In this document: positions 8,562 through 19,251 of the stretch, piece after piece | Layout of the letters: each line of letters opens with the position of its first letter | Numbering within the stretch: position 1 is the stretch's first letter | Virus record (IMG/VR): IMGVR_UViG_3300047160_003234 | Span: 9,472 to 73,471 of that record | Source: a virus | Direction: 5' to 3' (one strand) | DNA: 64,000 nucleotides | Program-made: the position numbers and the translations under genes | Notes under the pieces: generated by a model | Told to the model about the DNA's origin: nothing | The model's database searches: none | Seen by the model: the letters and a program-made list of their open reading frames with translations, nothing else

Positions 8562-8917
8562 CCCGGCTCGTCTGCGACTGCGGCGCGGTCTACTCGCACC
8601 CCGATCAACTGATGTACTGCGCCAGCAACCGGCATTGGGCTGGTCCGCCCCACGATCCCGACAGGGCGCAACGAGAGCTATCCCGCGCCATGGGCAACCC
8701 GCCGCCTCGCGTCGAACCCAGTTACCTCGCCGTCGAATGGGCTAGACAAGCCGCGCTCCATACCGAGGCCGCCAACGAGATCGATGAGGACGCGAGCGTC
8801 AACGACGCGGCCGAGAAGGCCCTTCACCTCGCCGAGGCGCGGGTCCTTCTGGAATGCGCCGACGAGCTTCTCAAGGCTCTGCCGCTTCATCGGCCAGCGT
8901 TGCCGAATTCTCCGTGA
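8558..8917 (+). CDS. Hypothetical protein
   Basis: ATGA overlap; MTRLVCDCG... Confidence 0.65.
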   Translation: MTRLVCDCGAVYSHPDQLMYCASNRHWAGPPHDPDRAQRELSRAMGNPPPRVEPSYLAVEWARQAALHTEAANEIDEDASVNDAAEKALHLAEARVLLECADELLKALPLHRPALPNSP

Positions 8918-9417
8918 AAAAGAGTGGTCGCTTCAACATGAGCGGTCTTCGCTTCTTCAGCCGAACCGAAAGTGCCCAAATAAACCGTTTTCCCGCCGGG
9001 TTCGCGAAGTTTGGCTTCATAGCCCGGCCCTTTGCGATAAACGCCCTTAATCCCAAGCCGACCCCAGCCACGACTATTCAGCTTGTTCTGAGTAGATGTC
9101 GCCTCCCGCAGATTCGATGGCCGGTTATTGGCGCGATTACCATCACGATGATCAATTTCTCGCTCTGGAAGCGCCCCATAAGCAAGCGCATAAACGATGC
9201 GGTGAACCTTGAAGAGCCGCTTGCCGATGCAAATAAGAAGATATTCTTCCCCAGACTGCACTCCTGCCAATTTCCCGCTTCGTTGCGAATTGAAACTGCG
9301 CCAACCACGGTCGGTGCGGAAATGCGAGCGCGGTCGAGTTTTCCAGCGAAGTGTCCCAGCCTTCGCATCCAGTTCAAAGCATTCGCCTAAATATTCTAAC
9401 GATGGCAGTTTATTCAT
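8887..9417 (-). CDS. HNH-AP2 homing endonuclease
   Basis: VHRIVYAL...IDHRDGNRANNRPSNLREAT...YLGTFGSAEEA. Confidence 0.9.
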   Translation of the reverse strand: MNKLPSLEYLGECFELDAKAGTLRWKTRPRSHFRTDRGWRSFNSQRSGKLAGVQSGEEYLLICIGKRLFKVHRIVYALAYGALPEREIDHRDGNRANNRPSNLREATSTQNKLNSRGWGRLGIKGVYRKGPGYEAKLREPGGKTVYLGTFGSAEEAKTAHVEATTLFHGEFGNAGR

Positions 9418-10060
9418 GGTCGAATTTCGTAGCTTCTTCTCCCCACACAGTCCAGTTAGGCCGAGATTGACGTCCAAACAATTCCAAATAGGGGCCGGGG
9501 CAGTAGCGTTGTATACGGTCGTAAGCCTCAACTGGTTTTTCGGAATGACGCCTGACAGGCGCCACGATCAACTCACGCACGTCGCGGGCGAGCCGCTTCG
9601 GATTGCCGCGCCGGAACAGGAGACAAAGCTCGACATTGTGCCGGGTTGTCATCCCGAGTCCCATCACAAAATCTGCTTCGGTGAAGAAGAACTGCGGATT
9701 ATCGACTCGCTTAAGTTTGACCCAAGCGAAACCAAGCGCGCTGTAGCGGAATTTCCAGCAACGTGCCACATGGAAGGCTTGGATCAGGTTTACCCCTGTC
9801 GTCCATAGCCAGAGGTGGCAGTCCTTGGCCGCGATGTCGGCGACCGGCATCTTGGCGATCTCATCGAAGCTCATCGTACGATAATGTCGGCTCGGCGACC
9901 GGCCCTGCCCCTTGTCGGAGCGGGTTTTGAAGTGCCACGGCGGATCTGCGTAAATTACGCTCCATCCACCTGAAGTCTCTGGGAGTTGATAACGTACTTT
10001 TTCGCTCGCCGCTGATCCCTGGAGCCCGCTGGCTGGCGTCGAGCATGGTCCGCTACTCAA
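9410..10060 (-). CDS. MT-A70 family N6-adenine DNA methyltransferase
   Basis: IYADPPW, HSEKP, YLELFGR, WGEE; start uncertain (TTGA overlap). Confidence 0.9.
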   Translation of the reverse strand: MSSGPCSTPASGLQGSAASEKVRYQLPETSGGWSVIYADPPWHFKTRSDKGQGRSPSRHYRTMSFDEIAKMPVADIAAKDCHLWLWTTGVNLIQAFHVARCWKFRYSALGFAWVKLKRVDNPQFFFTEADFVMGLGMTTRHNVELCLLFRRGNPKRLARDVRELIVAPVRRHSEKPVEAYDRIQRYCPGPYLELFGRQSRPNWTVWGEEATKFDHE

Positions 10061-10290
10061 GGCCGAGCAGTCTCCGCGAGCGAGCAGGGCATCGGCACGA
10101 AGCCCCGGAAGCCCCGAGCCCGCACCCAGCACTGATCCTCCTGCTGCTGTTGAAGAGCCCGGCGGATGAGAAGCGCGCCGCCGCCAGGCAGGGTGACGAC
10201 CTCGTCCCTGTCGCCGACGTCGAGGACTTGCGGCCGGTCTGAATTGCAGCCCGCGAGGACCGCGGCGCAGACGATCGCGGCCCTGATCAA
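10057..10290 (-). CDS. Small lipoprotein
   Basis: MIRAAIVCAAVLAG-C lipobox; TTGA overlap start. Confidence 0.65.
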   Translation of the reverse strand: MIRAAIVCAAVLAGCNSDRPQVLDVGDRDEVVTLPGGGALLIRRALQQQQEDQCWVRARGFRGFVPMPCSLAETARP

Positions 10291-10592
10291 TGCTTGAATC
10301 CTTCCGGCGGCGGTGGCGGCATGGGCATGACCGGCGGATGGAGCGTCTTGCCGATCAGCTCCCACTGGAAGCAGGCGGCGCCCGTGATGAGGGCGTTGGC
10401 GCCGACCCCGGCGACATGGCCCCAGACAGGGTAGCCCGCGGGAACGACCTCGATTATGGCGCAGGCGAGCATCTGCCCGGCGCGGGCCTTGGCCAAGGCG
10501 CTCTCCAGCATCTCGACCATGGCGAGCTGGTAGGGCTGGAGCGCCGGGGGCTCGGGGGCGTCGATAGCGGGGCGGTCGTCGATCATCGTCAT
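10287..10592 (-). CDS. Hypothetical protein
   Basis: Translationally coupled ORF. Confidence 0.65.
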   Translation of the reverse strand: MTMIDDRPAIDAPEPPALQPYQLAMVEMLESALAKARAGQMLACAIIEVVPAGYPVWGHVAGVGANALITGAACFQWELIGKTLHPPVMPMPPPPPEGFKH

Positions 10593-10795
10593 GTCTTTCT
10601 GAGCTTGATGTCGAGCTGGTAGTTCTCGACATGCGGCACGTTGGGAACGCCTTTGCGGGTGACCTGAAATTCGAGCGTGACGTCGAGATCGAGATTTTCA
10701 TCCTTCTCGAGAGCGCGCCAAATTCGAAGCTCGAATTCGGCGAGAGCGAACTGCACCGGCTGGGGCAGGCGGGAGAGATCGGAAGGGTTGTTCAT
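10589..10795 (-). CDS. Hypothetical protein
   Basis: Coupled ORF, GGAGG RBS. Confidence 0.65.
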   Translation of the reverse strand: MNNPSDLSRLPQPVQFALAEFELRIWRALEKDENLDLDVTLEFQVTRKGVPNVPHVENYQLDIKLRKT

Positions 10796-11091
10796 GCGGG
10801 CGGCGGGCCTCCGCGATAGAGATTGTAATCGCGATCAATAACCGCGACGACGAAGTCGAGGCAGGCGTTCGCCCCCTCTCGGTTCGCGATAGGCGACATA
10901 AGCCCCTTTCGGATGACGTCGAGGCAAAACCGGAGATGCTGCCGGTCGTCATCGTTCAGGTCTTGTAGGCGCCCGGCCTTGGCGCGGCCCACGACCCACG
11001 GCGGCTCGCCTTCGCGGCCGACGTATTTGTCGGCGAGCTTCTTGGCCGCGAGCTTGTGCTCGTCGCTGACATAGTCGATTTGCTTCACCAT
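10792..11091 (-). CDS. Hypothetical protein
   Basis: Coupled ORF MVKQIDYVSDEH... Confidence 0.65.
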   Translation of the reverse strand: MVKQIDYVSDEHKLAAKKLADKYVGREGEPPWVVGRAKAGRLQDLNDDDRQHLRFCLDVIRKGLMSPIANREGANACLDFVVAVIDRDYNLYRGGPPPA

Positions 11092-12395
11092 TCGACCGGC
11101 TCGCCTTCGTCGCGCTCTTCGCGCTTGGGCTGGGTCTGGGCGAAGGCGCGGAGGGGCTTCCCGGTCCAGAAGCAATGGACACGGCCCTCGATCTTCACGC
11201 TGCCGAGGACGCCCTCGACCACCAGTTCCTCGCGGCGCCGCTCGGTTTTCTTCTTCATGCTCTCGAAATAGCGGGCGTCCTTCTTCTCCTGACTGATCAT
11301 CTCGTCAGGCGAATCGTCTGGCGGGCTCATGTCGCAATAGGCGCGCTTCACGTCCTCCCAGAGAACGATCTGGCGGACGCCTTGAGGCACGGTGACGTCG
11401 AGAGGCACCGGCTGGCCGTAGCGGCGCTCAGCCTCGAAAAAGGCCTTCATGAAGAATTCGCCGCTCAGACTAAGCCGCGAGCCCTTCAGCTCCTCGACGC
11501 GCCGGATCGCCTCGCGTTCCGCGAGCGGCAGGCAGATGCACGAGGTGATCGGCGTCTTGCCGTCCTCCTCGTAGTCGAGGAGAACCTGTTTCAGTTCGAA
11601 CTGGAGCTGGACGCCCTCGTCCTCGTCCTTCTGCTTGTCGAGGATGACCGTCCTCACCTTGGTCGTCTCGTCGCGCTTGACGAGAAGGACCTGATCGACG
11701 TTGGCGTAGATCGATGTATGCCCTCTGACTCTCTCGTTGCCCGCGTTGAGATGATGCACGAGGCAGACCGCGGCGCCGGTCTTCTCCCGAATCTTTTTGA
11801 CGTTGGCGAGGACGATGCCCATGTCCTTGCCCGAGATCTCGTCGGCCCCGACCGTCGCGGTGGCGAGCGTGTCGATCGTCACCAAGCCGAGTGGGAACGC
11901 CATTTCCTCCGCATGACCGTTGATCTCCTCAATCAGGGCGTCGGTGTTCTTCGTGTCGCGGTAGATATCGACGCTCTTCTGCAAGAGCACGAAGGGCATT
12001 TTCTTGCGGTCGCTCCAGTCGAGCTGATGGAATAGCCGGTGGGCGCGGAGGCGCTTCTTAACCCCGAGGGTGCCCTCGCCAGCCTGATAGACGACGCCCA
12101 TCTGCCGCACCGGATGGCCGAAGAAATCGACGCCGGAAGCGACCGAGACGCCGATATTGAGGGCGAGGAAGCTCTTGCCCGAGCGGGACGCGCCAGCGAT
12201 GACCGAGAGGTCGTTTTCGGAGAGCCAGTTGCGGATGAGCCATTTGTGCTCTGGGCCGGGTGCATCCAGCTCGTCCATGTGGATCGCTCCGAATTTGGTG
12301 GCGTACTGCTCCTCGAAAATCCAACCGATGCGGCGCAGGAAATCTTCGCCCGCCTCGATCCCCACAGGATGCTCGATGACGGCGGGGAAGGTCAT
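11085..12395 (-). CDS. AAA_25 / RepA-like replicative helicase
   Basis: Walker A GASRSGKS, Walker B VTIDT, VHH, RGHTS. Confidence 0.9.
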   Translation of the reverse strand: MTFPAVIEHPVGIEAGEDFLRRIGWIFEEQYATKFGAIHMDELDAPGPEHKWLIRNWLSENDLSVIAGASRSGKSFLALNIGVSVASGVDFFGHPVRQMGVVYQAGEGTLGVKKRLRAHRLFHQLDWSDRKKMPFVLLQKSVDIYRDTKNTDALIEEINGHAEEMAFPLGLVTIDTLATATVGADEISGKDMGIVLANVKKIREKTGAAVCLVHHLNAGNERVRGHTSIYANVDQVLLVKRDETTKVRTVILDKQKDEDEGVQLQFELKQVLLDYEEDGKTPITSCICLPLAEREAIRRVEELKGSRLSLSGEFFMKAFFEAERRYGQPVPLDVTVPQGVRQIVLWEDVKRAYCDMSPPDDSPDEMISQEKKDARYFESMKKKTERRREELVVEGVLGSVKIEGRVHCFWTGKPLRAFAQTQPKREERDEGEPVEW

Positions 12396-12664
12396 TCTGC
12401 CTCCGGGTCGCCCGAGGCCGCCCTATCGCGGCGCCGCACATCGGGAAATGGCCTCCAGCGCACGAACATCGGTCCCACGTTTGCATTCTCACGAACGGTA
12501 TGGTCGGCAAACCACCCGACCGATCCGCTTAATGCCGACTTGCCCCCTCTGAGCCCGACGAGTTTATCGCCGCGGGTTGCCTCTCCGCTCGCCAGAAGCC
12601 GCCGAGCATGGGCGCAAAGGCCTTGGTCGGGAAGGGCGCTCATCTCGATCCGAATTTCACTCAC
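12392..12664 (-). CDS. Hypothetical protein
   Basis: GTGA/ATGA overlaps at both ends. Confidence 0.55.
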   Translation of the reverse strand: MSEIRIEMSALPDQGLCAHARRLLASGEATRGDKLVGLRGGKSALSGSVGWFADHTVRENANVGPMFVRWRPFPDVRRRDRAASGDPEAE

Positions 12665-13785
12665 GAGCCGTCCCGAATCACCATGTCGTCGAAGTCCATG
12701 CCTGCTTCCGGCCACGCAATAGCGACCGCCTTCCCCTGCGCCATGAAGCGATTTGTGGCGACGGCGAGCTTGGCCGCGGTCAAGTAGCTCTCGGAATCGT
12801 TATCGGCGATCAGGATCACCTGAGTGACCCCATCAGGCAGGATGGCCCCGGGATGGTGCGGGTCTGGACGGCGCCCGTCGGGGATTCGCGCGGGCTTGCC
12901 CGCAGCGTCGAATTTCGCCTTGTGGGCGACGGTGGCGAGCGCGCGGCCCGCCATATTGCCAAGATCGACAGCGGCGGCGAGGCCCATCTCTTCAGGCCCC
13001 AGACCCAGTTGCCAGAAGGCTAGGACGTTCTCCCAGCCCTCGCCGATCGCCAGCGGATCGCCGAGCGGCCCGAGCCGGATGAGCCCGCCCTGCTTCTCGC
13101 CGCGGACTTTCTTGGGAGAGTTGGCGGACGAGCCGGTCGGGCGCCATTTGCGCGGCTCCTTGGCGTCGAGATAGGTGATGGCGGCGCCCTGAATGAGCGT
13201 CCCGGTGTAGTCGCGGATGACGGCCACGAGCGCAGGCAGAACCGCCAGCATGACGGTCTCGTTTGCACCGTTTGCAGTCTGGCCCCAATATTCCAGTTCT
13301 CGCACGAAACGCAAGTCCCCGACCATGCGCCGCGGCGGATTGAGGCCTCGCGTCTTGCGGAGGTATTCGTCGGCGTGGGTGCCATCGAGCGCTTGCGCCC
13401 GGCGGATGATGTCGAGGACCGCTTTCTGGTCGTTGGGAACGCGATCAGGATCTGGCGGGGGCGGCGCTTCCCGCAGCTGCTCGCCGCCTGCGCCGTTGGG
13501 CCGCGATGTCCCGGTTATGCGCTCGATCGCCTCGTTCGTGTCGCATTGGGCGATGAAGCGGACGAGGTCGATGACGTCGCCCTTGTTCTCGCACTTGCGG
13601 CAGTTGAAGACGCCCTTCTGGGCGTTAACGCTAAACCTGTCGACGCCACCGCAGACCGGACAGGGCCCGGCGTATTCCGCCGCCCCGATCTTCTTCAGTC
13701 GACAGCCGAACTGGAGCGCCACCGCCCTGATGTCGGCCGCCTTGGCAGTGTCGAACCATTGCCGCCACACATGGTTCTCGGCCAC
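12661..13785 (-). CDS. DNA primase (zinc-binding domain + Toprim)
   Basis: GPCPVCGGVDRFS...FNCRKC, IGEGWEN, LIADND, GMDFDD. Confidence 0.9.
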   Translation of the reverse strand: MAENHVWRQWFDTAKAADIRAVALQFGCRLKKIGAAEYAGPCPVCGGVDRFSVNAQKGVFNCRKCENKGDVIDLVRFIAQCDTNEAIERITGTSRPNGAGGEQLREAPPPPDPDRVPNDQKAVLDIIRRAQALDGTHADEYLRKTRGLNPPRRMVGDLRFVRELEYWGQTANGANETVMLAVLPALVAVIRDYTGTLIQGAAITYLDAKEPRKWRPTGSSANSPKKVRGEKQGGLIRLGPLGDPLAIGEGWENVLAFWQLGLGPEEMGLAAAVDLGNMAGRALATVAHKAKFDAAGKPARIPDGRRPDPHHPGAILPDGVTQVILIADNDSESYLTAAKLAVATNRFMAQGKAVAIAWPEAGMDFDDMVIRDGS

Positions 13786-13830
13786 GCGCAAAGACCTTCC
13801 TCCCCCGCGTTGCTCCCGGGAGTTCTAAAA

Positions 13831-14166
13831 TCAATCAGTCTCGTCCCTACCGCTCTTTTGTTCGTTGTCCCCGCTATCCACCATCGAGGCGCGCGCCTGT
13901 CGTACGACCGTGCTCAACCATTCGGGCAGGGGCTTCTTGTCGGTCGTCGCCCTTTGCCCTTCGGCGATCAGGTGGGTGAAGACGTCGGCTGCGGCCTTGA
14001 TGGCGTGGAGCTTCCGCACGCTGGGATGGCTGGCGCTGCCGCGCCCCGTGCCGTACAGCCTCTCGGCGATGCGGTGGTTCTGCTCGCGCCTAGCCGCCTC
14101 GTCGTTCAGCGTGTCGCGGATGAACTCCAGCGTGACGCTTCCGGTGAGGGCGGCGAAATGGCTCAT
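13831..14166 (-). CDS. Hypothetical protein
   Basis: ATGA overlap with HNH stop. Confidence 0.65.
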   Translation of the reverse strand: MSHFAALTGSVTLEFIRDTLNDEAARREQNHRIAERLYGTGRGSASHPSVRKLHAIKAAADVFTHLIAEGQRATTDKKPLPEWLSTVVRQARASMVDSGDNEQKSGRDETD

Positions 14167-14816
14167 CGCCAAGTCACCTCGCGAACGATTTGGCTAACAT
14201 TCGATTGGGAAACGCCAAAGCGCTCACCGATCAGTCGCTGCGACATCGACCCCGCAAGCGCGCGAATTTCCCGAATGTCATCCCAAGAGAGCTTGGCTTG
14301 TCCAGCGTCGGCGCCGCGTAAGAAAATTTGCTTAAACGGCCGACGATTTGCTGTCTGTTCTTTGCGGGTCGCCCACCGGCAGTTCCTCGGCTCGTAGTCC
14401 CCATCAACATCAATGCGATCCAGCGTCAGCTCCGGGGAAGGGCGCGACCCCATATCGGTGAGGAAATTCTTAAAACTCGACCACCGTTCACAGACTTTGA
14501 TTCCACGGCCCCCATAATATTTGAAATCCCAACGCGCTGGATTCCCGCATCGCTGAATAATGTGTTTCCACGCATGGTATTCAGGCGTCTCGCGTCCCTT
14601 TTTGCTATGACCATGTTTATATTGACGTGCTGATAACGCAGCATATTGCAGGCAACCGCAATTCGTTGATCTACCGCTTCTTAATGAATTAGCTAAAACC
14701 ACGCGCCTAGCGCCGCAACCACAAATGCAATTCCATGCCGCTGGAGGTCGGCTTGCTAAAGTGTCGACATACCATGCACCGAAGCGTTGGCCTGATAGGT
14801 CGAAGAAAACATTCAT
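14163..14816 (-). CDS. HNH endonuclease with C-terminal HTH
   Basis: DLSGQRFG, CICG, YGGRGIKVCERW, TLDRIDVDGDYEPRNCRWAT. Confidence 0.9.
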   Translation of the reverse strand: MNVFFDLSGQRFGAWYVDTLASRPPAAWNCICGCGARRVVLANSLRSGRSTNCGCLQYAALSARQYKHGHSKKGRETPEYHAWKHIIQRCGNPARWDFKYYGGRGIKVCERWSSFKNFLTDMGSRPSPELTLDRIDVDGDYEPRNCRWATRKEQTANRRPFKQIFLRGADAGQAKLSWDDIREIRALAGSMSQRLIGERFGVSQSNVSQIVREVTWR

Positions 14817-15310
14817 TGTCGAAGCCCTTGTTGGGCATCGATCATAAGACCGGCAATAGCGCAACACAAGGCGTCAGCTCGCCCATCGTCCTTTTTTCTG
14901 GCAAACAAATTAGCTTTATCGGGGAATCGACGAACTGCCTCGCCGCGCGCCGCGTCTTTGGCGCCGTCTTTTCCCGGCGGGATGCCGATAAGACGCTTCC
15001 ATTTAGGCGCCGTGATAAATTGCACTGGAATGCTTAAAGCGGCGCAAACGCCCTCGACAACACCGCGGGCGCGACCAAATGCAAAGGCTCCTACAGCTCC
15101 TTCCCCCGGCCGCGGCCCGACCCACTCGACAAAGACTTTGTCAACATGGGCAGCCGCGATAAGTTGCGCGAGAAGTTGGGGATTTACCGTGGCGCGACCT
15201 TTCGGCCCGTCGCGCAACACCGGCATGTCATGGACCGAATCGAGAGCGCCCTCAAGCGTTAGAACCGCAATGGCTCCCGACACACCGAGATCGATCCCCA
15301 TGACGCGCAT
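14813..15310 (-). CDS. RuvC-like Holliday junction resolvase
   Basis: MGIDLGVSGAIA, VFVE, AFAFG, PKWK, DDGRADA. Confidence 0.85.
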   Translation of the reverse strand: MRVMGIDLGVSGAIAVLTLEGALDSVHDMPVLRDGPKGRATVNPQLLAQLIAAAHVDKVFVEWVGPRPGEGAVGAFAFGRARGVVEGVCAALSIPVQFITAPKWKRLIGIPPGKDGAKDAARGEAVRRFPDKANLFARKKDDGRADALCCAIAGLMIDAQQGLRQ

Positions 15311-15313
15311 CGA

Positions 15314-15568
15314 TCATTCCGCGGGCTCTGGTATGGGACTCCGCTTCGATGCTGGCCGCGGCGCGCTGATCTGGAAAAAATCCTCGATGCGGACCTGACC
15401 GTTGGTCCCGCGAACGACTTTCAATAAATTCTGCTTTTTGGGAATTCTGGCTTCATTGTCACCGGGCGGCTTGATCCATCTATAGATGGTCACGGGATGA
15501 ACGTGGATTGTCGCCGCGAAGGTCTCTGGCGAGATGCGGTTCTCTTTGAGCCACTGGGCGAGCGTCAT
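15314..15568 (-). CDS. Cro-like HTH transcriptional regulator
   Basis: MTLAQWLKENRISPETFAATIHVHPVTIYRW...TNGQVRIEDF. Confidence 0.85.
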   Translation of the reverse strand: MTLAQWLKENRISPETFAATIHVHPVTIYRWIKPPGDNEARIPKKQNLLKVVRGTNGQVRIEDFFQISAPRPASKRSPIPEPAE

Positions 15569-15646
15569 GCATCATTTGTACGCCCATCGGAGTTTGCCGA
15601 CAACGCAAAAATCCGCTTGCCTCGCATCTAGCGTTTGATGCAAGAT
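15569..15646. promoter_or_regulatory. Divergent promoters: leftward TTGTCG-N17-TACAAA; rightward TTGCCT-N18-CAAGAT with operator TAGCGTTTGATGCAA (15629-15643)
   Basis: Located between divergent operons. Confidence 0.6.
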
Positions 15647-15775
15647 GGAGCGGCGAATCGGTCGGACCGTAGGCTCTGGCCAGTGCGCGCGTTGGCCCTT
15701 GCCTTAGCAGCTAGCGGCACGGCTTGACCGGGGGAGGGCGGCGCTCGTCCTCCCCGTTAACTTTCGGGGCAATGC

Positions 15776-16741
15776 TTGATTCAGTCGCGGGCGATCACGA
15801 ACCGGGCGCGGTGGCTCGGATGGCGCAAGAAGAACCTTGGCGCGTCCGAGATCGCCGCGCTCTTCGGCGTCCATCCTTTCCTCACTGCGTACAAACTATG
15901 GGCCCTCAAGAGCGGGCTTATCGAGGAGGACGACGACAGTCTGGTCAAGCGCCGCGGGCGCCATTTCGAGCGCACCGCCATCGACATCCTGCGCGAGGAA
16001 AACCCGAAGTGGTCGATCCACCGCGGGCGGAGGTACTACTGGGACGATGAGACGCGGCTCGGGGCGACGCCCGACGTGGACGTCGACACTCTGCTGGATA
16101 CGACTGCGCTCGGCCATGGCGTCGGCGTGATCCAGATCAAGACAGTCGGCCAGTGGGCTTGGAAGAAATACTGGCACAATCCCGAAGGCGAGGTGGTCGC
16201 CCCCGACTGGGTGGCCATCCAAGCCTCGCAGGAAGCCTATTTCCGCGGCGCGACATGGGCCGCCGTCTTTCCCCTCGTGTGGGATGTCGACGTGCCGCTG
16301 ATTCAGGTGCCGCTCAAGATGCACTTGATCCGCACCATCGAGCGGCTCGCGGAGGATTTCTGGCGCAGGGTCAGGGACAACGAGCCGTATCCTCCCGACT
16401 GGGGCCGGGACGCGGCCCTGTTCCTCGACCTTCACCGCGATGACAGCGGATCCACAGTCGACCTGTCGTCCGATCAGGTTTTCGCCGGGCTCATCAAGGC
16501 GCGGCAGAAGCTGGCCGCGATCGAGAAGCGCGGCCGCGAGGCGGCCGAGGAGCGCACGCCCATCGACGCCCAGATCGTGAGCCGGATGGGCAATGCCGCG
16601 GTAGCCCGATGGGGCAAGGAGGTCGAGCAGATCGTGACTGCGATGACTGTCAAGGAGGCGAAGATCGCCTATACCCGCAAGGCTTATCGCGTGGTCAGAC
16701 CCAAAGGTTTTGTGGAAGAAGAAGGAGTCGAAAACCAATGA
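15776..16741 (+). CDS. YqaJ-like (lambda exonuclease family) recombination nuclease
   Basis: [29 protein letters not shown]. Confidence 0.9.
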   Translation: MIQSRAITNRARWLGWRKKNLGASEIAALFGVHPFLTAYKLWALKSGLIEEDDDSLVKRRGRHFERTAIDILREENPKWSIHRGRRYYWDDETRLGATPDVDVDTLLDTTALGHGVGVIQIKTVGQWAWKKYWHNPEGEVVAPDWVAIQASQEAYFRGATWAAVFPLVWDVDVPLIQVPLKMHLIRTIERLAEDFWRRVRDNEPYPPDWGRDAALFLDLHRDDSGSTVDLSSDQVFAGLIKARQKLAAIEKRGREAAEERTPIDAQIVSRMGNAAVARWGKEVEQIVTAMTVKEAKIAYTRKAYRVVRPKGFVEEEGVENQ

Positions 16742-17202
16742 CATTCAAGCGCAAACATGGAGAAGCCACTCCCAGAACGCCAGAATACAGTTCGTGGGCT
16801 AATATGAGGATACGCTGTCTTAGCAAGGCGCATCCTTGTTTTGCAAACTATGGAGGCCGTGGAATCACGATCTGCGAGCGATGGTCAAGTTATGCCAATT
16901 TTCTCGCAGATATGGGACGGAAACCATCTCCACAGTATACGCTCGATAGACTGGATAACAATAAGCCATACGCTCCTGATAATTGTCGTTGGGCCACTAG
17001 GCGCGAGCAGCAAGAAAACAGGCGACTATCCATGCCGCCTGCTAGGAATAACACGAGCGGCAGGAGGGGCGTAAGGTGGTCACGGCAACATAAACGATGG
17101 GTTGCCTATGGCTGCACACAGAATCGAGTCGTGCATCTGGGTTATTTTCCTTCCTTCACAACGGCATGTGATGCGCGTGTGCAATGGGAGACGATGCGAT
17201 GA
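16738..17202 (+). CDS. HNH-AP2 endonuclease
   Basis: [41 protein letters not shown]. Confidence 0.9.
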   Translation: MTFKRKHGEATPRTPEYSSWANMRIRCLSKAHPCFANYGGRGITICERWSSYANFLADMGRKPSPQYTLDRLDNNKPYAPDNCRWATRREQQENRRLSMPPARNNTSGRRGVRWSRQHKRWVAYGCTQNRVVHLGYFPSFTTACDARVQWETMR

Positions 17203-18458
17203 CCAAGGAATTGACATTCCCGCAAGAATTGGGTCACCGAAAACATCAATTTCAGGCGGCGCTGCCACCGCAAATCCCCGTTGACCGATTCGTGCGGGTT
17301 GTGATGACGGCGATTCAACGCAATCCAGAGCTTCTCAACTGTGATCGTCGATCTTTGTGGAATGCTTGCATGCAAGCCGCGCAAGACGGGCTCGTTCCTG
17401 ATGGGCGACAAGGCGCGTTGGTCGCCTTCGACGGCAAGGTCACTTGGGTTCCTATGGTTCAGGGAATCATGATCAAGGCTCGCAATTCAGGCGAGATCGC
17501 CAAATGGGAACTAGGAGAGGTTCACGCCAAGGATCAATTTGACTTCCAATTGGGCGACGATCCCTTCGTGGCGCATAAGCCTTGGATACCGACGCCGCTT
17601 ACTCGCATGTCTGACGAAGCCGACGAACAATTTGGCGAGCGTCTGCGCGCGCACGCCAATCCGGGGGAAGTCACACACTTTTATTCAATCGTCACTTTCA
17701 CGAATGGACTGAAATCGCGCGATGTAATGGCGGCGCAGGAAGTTGAGTATGTTCGGGATACCTATGCTCGAAAAAGCAAGAAAACCGGCCAATTCTCCCC
17801 CGCTTGGGTAAAACGCTTCGGGGAAATGGGCAAAAAAACTGTCGCTCGCCGCCATGCCAAAACACTTCCTGCCTCTACGGATCTCATAGCGCTTCTTCAG
17901 CGCGACGATACCCTCTATAATGTGGATGGCAGCGACCGGGCGACCGGCGCGACGACCAAGATCGCAGCGCCAAAGGCGCTTTCTGACCGACTGGATTTCC
18001 TCGCTGGCGGGTTCGATCCCGAGACAGGCGAGATTGACTCTGGGGGTGGGCTTTCGACTCCTGACCCTCAGAACGGCGCGGCTTCCGTCTCACGCAGTGC
18101 GGAGGCCGCGCCACTCTATTCCGACGACGAGCCCTTCGCCGGGCCGCCGCCGGATGCGGAGTTGGAGGCTTCGCCCGCGTCACGAGAGGCCTCCAGCCCC
18201 GCTCCAAGCTCCGCGGGTGAAATATCCCCTAGCCCCCCGGGACCACCCGCCGAGACGGCGCCGGAGGCGCGACAGGCCTCCGGCGCGCGCAAGATGAAAG
18301 AGCTGCCCCTGAAAGAGCGCGGCGAGGCCATGGCCAAGAAGGGCCGCAAGGCGTTCTCGCGCTGGCTCGACAGTCTGGAGGGCGACGATCTGGTGCAGAT
18401 CAGTCTCGCCCAGCAAAAGGCTTGGTACGACATCGCCGACGCCGAGGATAAGCAATGA
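17199..18458 (+). CDS. recT: RecT-family single-strand annealing protein
   Basis: [28 protein letters not shown]...[10 protein letters not shown]...LP; follows YqaJ. Confidence 0.88.
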   Translation: MTKELTFPQELGHRKHQFQAALPPQIPVDRFVRVVMTAIQRNPELLNCDRRSLWNACMQAAQDGLVPDGRQGALVAFDGKVTWVPMVQGIMIKARNSGEIAKWELGEVHAKDQFDFQLGDDPFVAHKPWIPTPLTRMSDEADEQFGERLRAHANPGEVTHFYSIVTFTNGLKSRDVMAAQEVEYVRDTYARKSKKTGQFSPAWVKRFGEMGKKTVARRHAKTLPASTDLIALLQRDDTLYNVDGSDRATGATTKIAAPKALSDRLDFLAGGFDPETGEIDSGGGLSTPDPQNGAASVSRSAEAAPLYSDDEPFAGPPPDAELEASPASREASSPAPSSAGEISPSPPGPPAETAPEARQASGARKMKELPLKERGEAMAKKGRKAFSRWLDSLEGDDLVQISLAQQKAWYDIADAEDKQ

Positions 18459-18862
18459 GCGTGCGCCAGTATCAGTACGCCAAGCGGACCAAGGTGCCGG
18501 TGCCGAAAACCCGCTCCGATATCGAGCGCGTCATCCGCAACCATAGCGGCAAGGCTTACATTTCCGGGTGGGACGACCGCGGCAAGGCGATGGTCGCGTT
18601 CAAGCTGAAAGAGCGCCTGATCCGCTTCATCATGCACGACAACGAAGGCCAGCCCGACATGAGGCGGTGGAGGGCCTTGATGCTGGTGATCAAGGCCAAG
18701 CTCGAAAGCGTGGCGAGCGGCATCGAGACGGTCGAGGAGGCGTTCCTCGCCAATATCGTGACGGCGGACGGCTCGACAGTGTGGGAGCGGGTGAGGGAGC
18801 CGCTCAAGCTTGAGTATGAGAGACAGGCGTCTGTTCCAATGCTAGAGGGAGTCGAGAAATGA
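18455..18862 (+). CDS. Conserved phage hypothetical protein
   Basis: RRWRALMLVIKAKLESV; coupled ORF. Confidence 0.75.
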   Translation: MSVRQYQYAKRTKVPVPKTRSDIERVIRNHSGKAYISGWDDRGKAMVAFKLKERLIRFIMHDNEGQPDMRRWRALMLVIKAKLESVASGIETVEEAFLANIVTADGSTVWERVREPLKLEYERQASVPMLEGVEK

Positions 18863-19251
18863 AGAACACCGACATCGTCAACGCCGACGAGGGTATGGAG
18901 ATCGAGGTTCTGCCCGAAACCACGATCAGCAATCGGAGGAAGAACCCCTACCATTGCGTCTTCGCCGAGGCGATCGTTCATCTGTCAACCGCCTATGTCC
19001 GGTTCAAAGGCGCGGACAAGTGGACCCGCTACAGGGTGCGGGCGCCTCTCCGCAAACAGATCGTCAGCTTCGACCGCCACGGCACATTTGACGAAGGAAT
19101 GTACTGGCTGTCGGCCATTCAGCCATCGCATCGAGCGATGGGCAAGCGGCAGGGAGGCGCGACTTACAAGAAAACCGGCGAGCCGAAATGGCGAAAAACG
19201 CGCGCGTATCTCATGGACGTGCGCGCGCCCGCCAGAATTTCGAGCCTCTGA
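18859..19251 (+). CDS. Hypothetical protein
   Basis: GGAG RBS, ATGA overlap. Confidence 0.7.
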   Translation: MKNTDIVNADEGMEIEVLPETTISNRRKNPYHCVFAEAIVHLSTAYVRFKGADKWTRYRVRAPLRKQIVSFDRHGTFDEGMYWLSAIQPSHRAMGKRQGGATYKKTGEPKWRKTRAYLMDVRAPARISSL

